DNA of 64,000 bases from an uncultured delta proteobacterium (GTDB lineage: Bacteria > Desulfobacterota > Binatia > UBA9968). A program made the translations under genes and the position numbers. Location: assembly GCA_963745835.1 (NCBI GenBank), contig CAVUZH010000019.1, forward strand, positions 192,001 through 256,000, read 5' to 3'. The notes under the pieces were generated by a model, which did not search any database, was not told the origin of the DNA, and worked only from the letters and a program-made list of their open reading frames with translations. Below, in pieces: positions 62,886 through 64,000 of the stretch (positions are counted from its first letter, which is position 1; every line of letters begins with the position of its first letter).

Positions 62886-64000
62886 TTAATGGACGCCGTA
62901 AAGGCGAGCGCAGTTGTCCCAGAGAATTTTCCTTCGTGAATTGCTCGGCATCTCCATCGCCATAAAATGATTCATCGCATCCGGCCAATGGGAGTCGGCG
63001 TGCGGATAGTCCGTGGAGATCACCACGTTGTCGTCGCCGATTCGTCTGAGCACGTCGCCGAGCAAGTCCTCTTCAACATCCACCGAGATAAAGCATTGGC
63101 GCATAAAATAATCACTCGGCTTCATGCTCATCGGTTCGTTGCAGTACCCCTTGCGCATCTCCCAGCGTTCGTCCAAGCGATAGAGCGCCCACGGTAACCA
63201 GCCGCAATTGCCTTCGAGAAACGCTACCCGCAGCTTGGGGAATCGCTCCAAAACACCGCCGGCGCAAAAACTCCCAACCGCCAGCATCAGCTCCACGGGA
63301 TTGCGAAAAGCGTTGATCAGCACCGCTTCATTGTTATGGCCTTTGAAACGATGCACCACCTGGTCGGTGTTGGGATTTGCGGCCGGATGAAAACACACCG
63401 GTACACCGAGCTTCTCCGCTTCGCGCCACACCGGATCGTAGTAGCGATCGTGTATGTGGCGCCCGTTGGCCGGCTCCGGCACCAGACATAAACCAATGGC
63501 GCCTAATTCCGTGATCGCGCGGCGCGTTTCGTCCACCGCCAGATCGACATCATGAAGCGTGATCAGCGCCGATGGTCGGAGCCGCTTGGGATCAACTTTG
63601 CAAAAATCCGCCATCCAGCTATTCCATGCGCGGCACAGATCGTTGGCATATTCCGGCTCCAGGCTGTCGTCGCAATGCAGAGGAAAAGTCCGAAACAACA
63701 CCGCCACGTCTAAACCCTCCACGTCCATCGCTTCCAGCTGCGACACCGCATCGTAATCCCGCGCCAACGCTCTCTCGTAGCGGTGCGCTACTTCCGCTTC
63801 GCCGGGGCAGCTTCATTGACGTCTTCGATGGGTTTTCGAAGTCGCGCTGGGGGAGGCTTGCATGCCCGGATTTTCGTAACGGCATACCGATCGCCGAACG
63901 AAAAATGCATCTGGCCGTGCCTTTTTCGCGGGGTTGTCCACGCGGTATCCGATCACCCCACTTTGGATCCATATAATTTCAGATACAGATCATGCGGCTC
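62886..64000 (-). CDS. Amidohydrolase_2 family protein (5' end outside the window; frameshift(s) at ~63800-63930)
   Basis: MDVEGLDVAVLF, ERFPKLRVAFLEGNCGW and STDYPH motifs; upstream ...MDPKWGDRIPR lies in another frame. Confidence 0.88.

Overview
GC-rich (~57% by eye) bacterial chromosomal window. Many orphan ABC/Bug substrate-binding proteins, amidohydrolases and 9-bp intergenic repeats suggest Candidatus Binatia/Binatota or a related deltaproteobacteria-like lineage (inference, not tested). Contents in order: a solute-uptake block with acs (1-10 kb); a stress/ion-homeostasis block (10-30.5 kb: DUF3943-like, degraded ZIP, AI-2E, NDH-2, PLD, full mrp/mnhA-G operon, Usp, DUF1207-like, P-II-like, phosphoketolase); a putative aromatic-acid catabolic and ABC import cluster (30.8-40.8 kb); then a mosaic of single genes. 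The best-supported hidden feature is a selenocysteine peroxiredoxin at 55445-56050, with an in-frame TGA at the peroxidatic-Cys position followed by a SECIS-like hairpin; the ORF track shows only its C-terminal part. The most novel-looking architecture is an MrpG subunit fused to a YbaL/Kef-type RCK_N domain. A CyaC-like heme/2Fe-2S adenylate cyclase lies next to the selenoperoxiredoxin. Many 1-nt frameshifts may be assembly errors. No rRNA, tRNA or CRISPR array was seen. All family assignments come from motif recognition by eye, not database searches.
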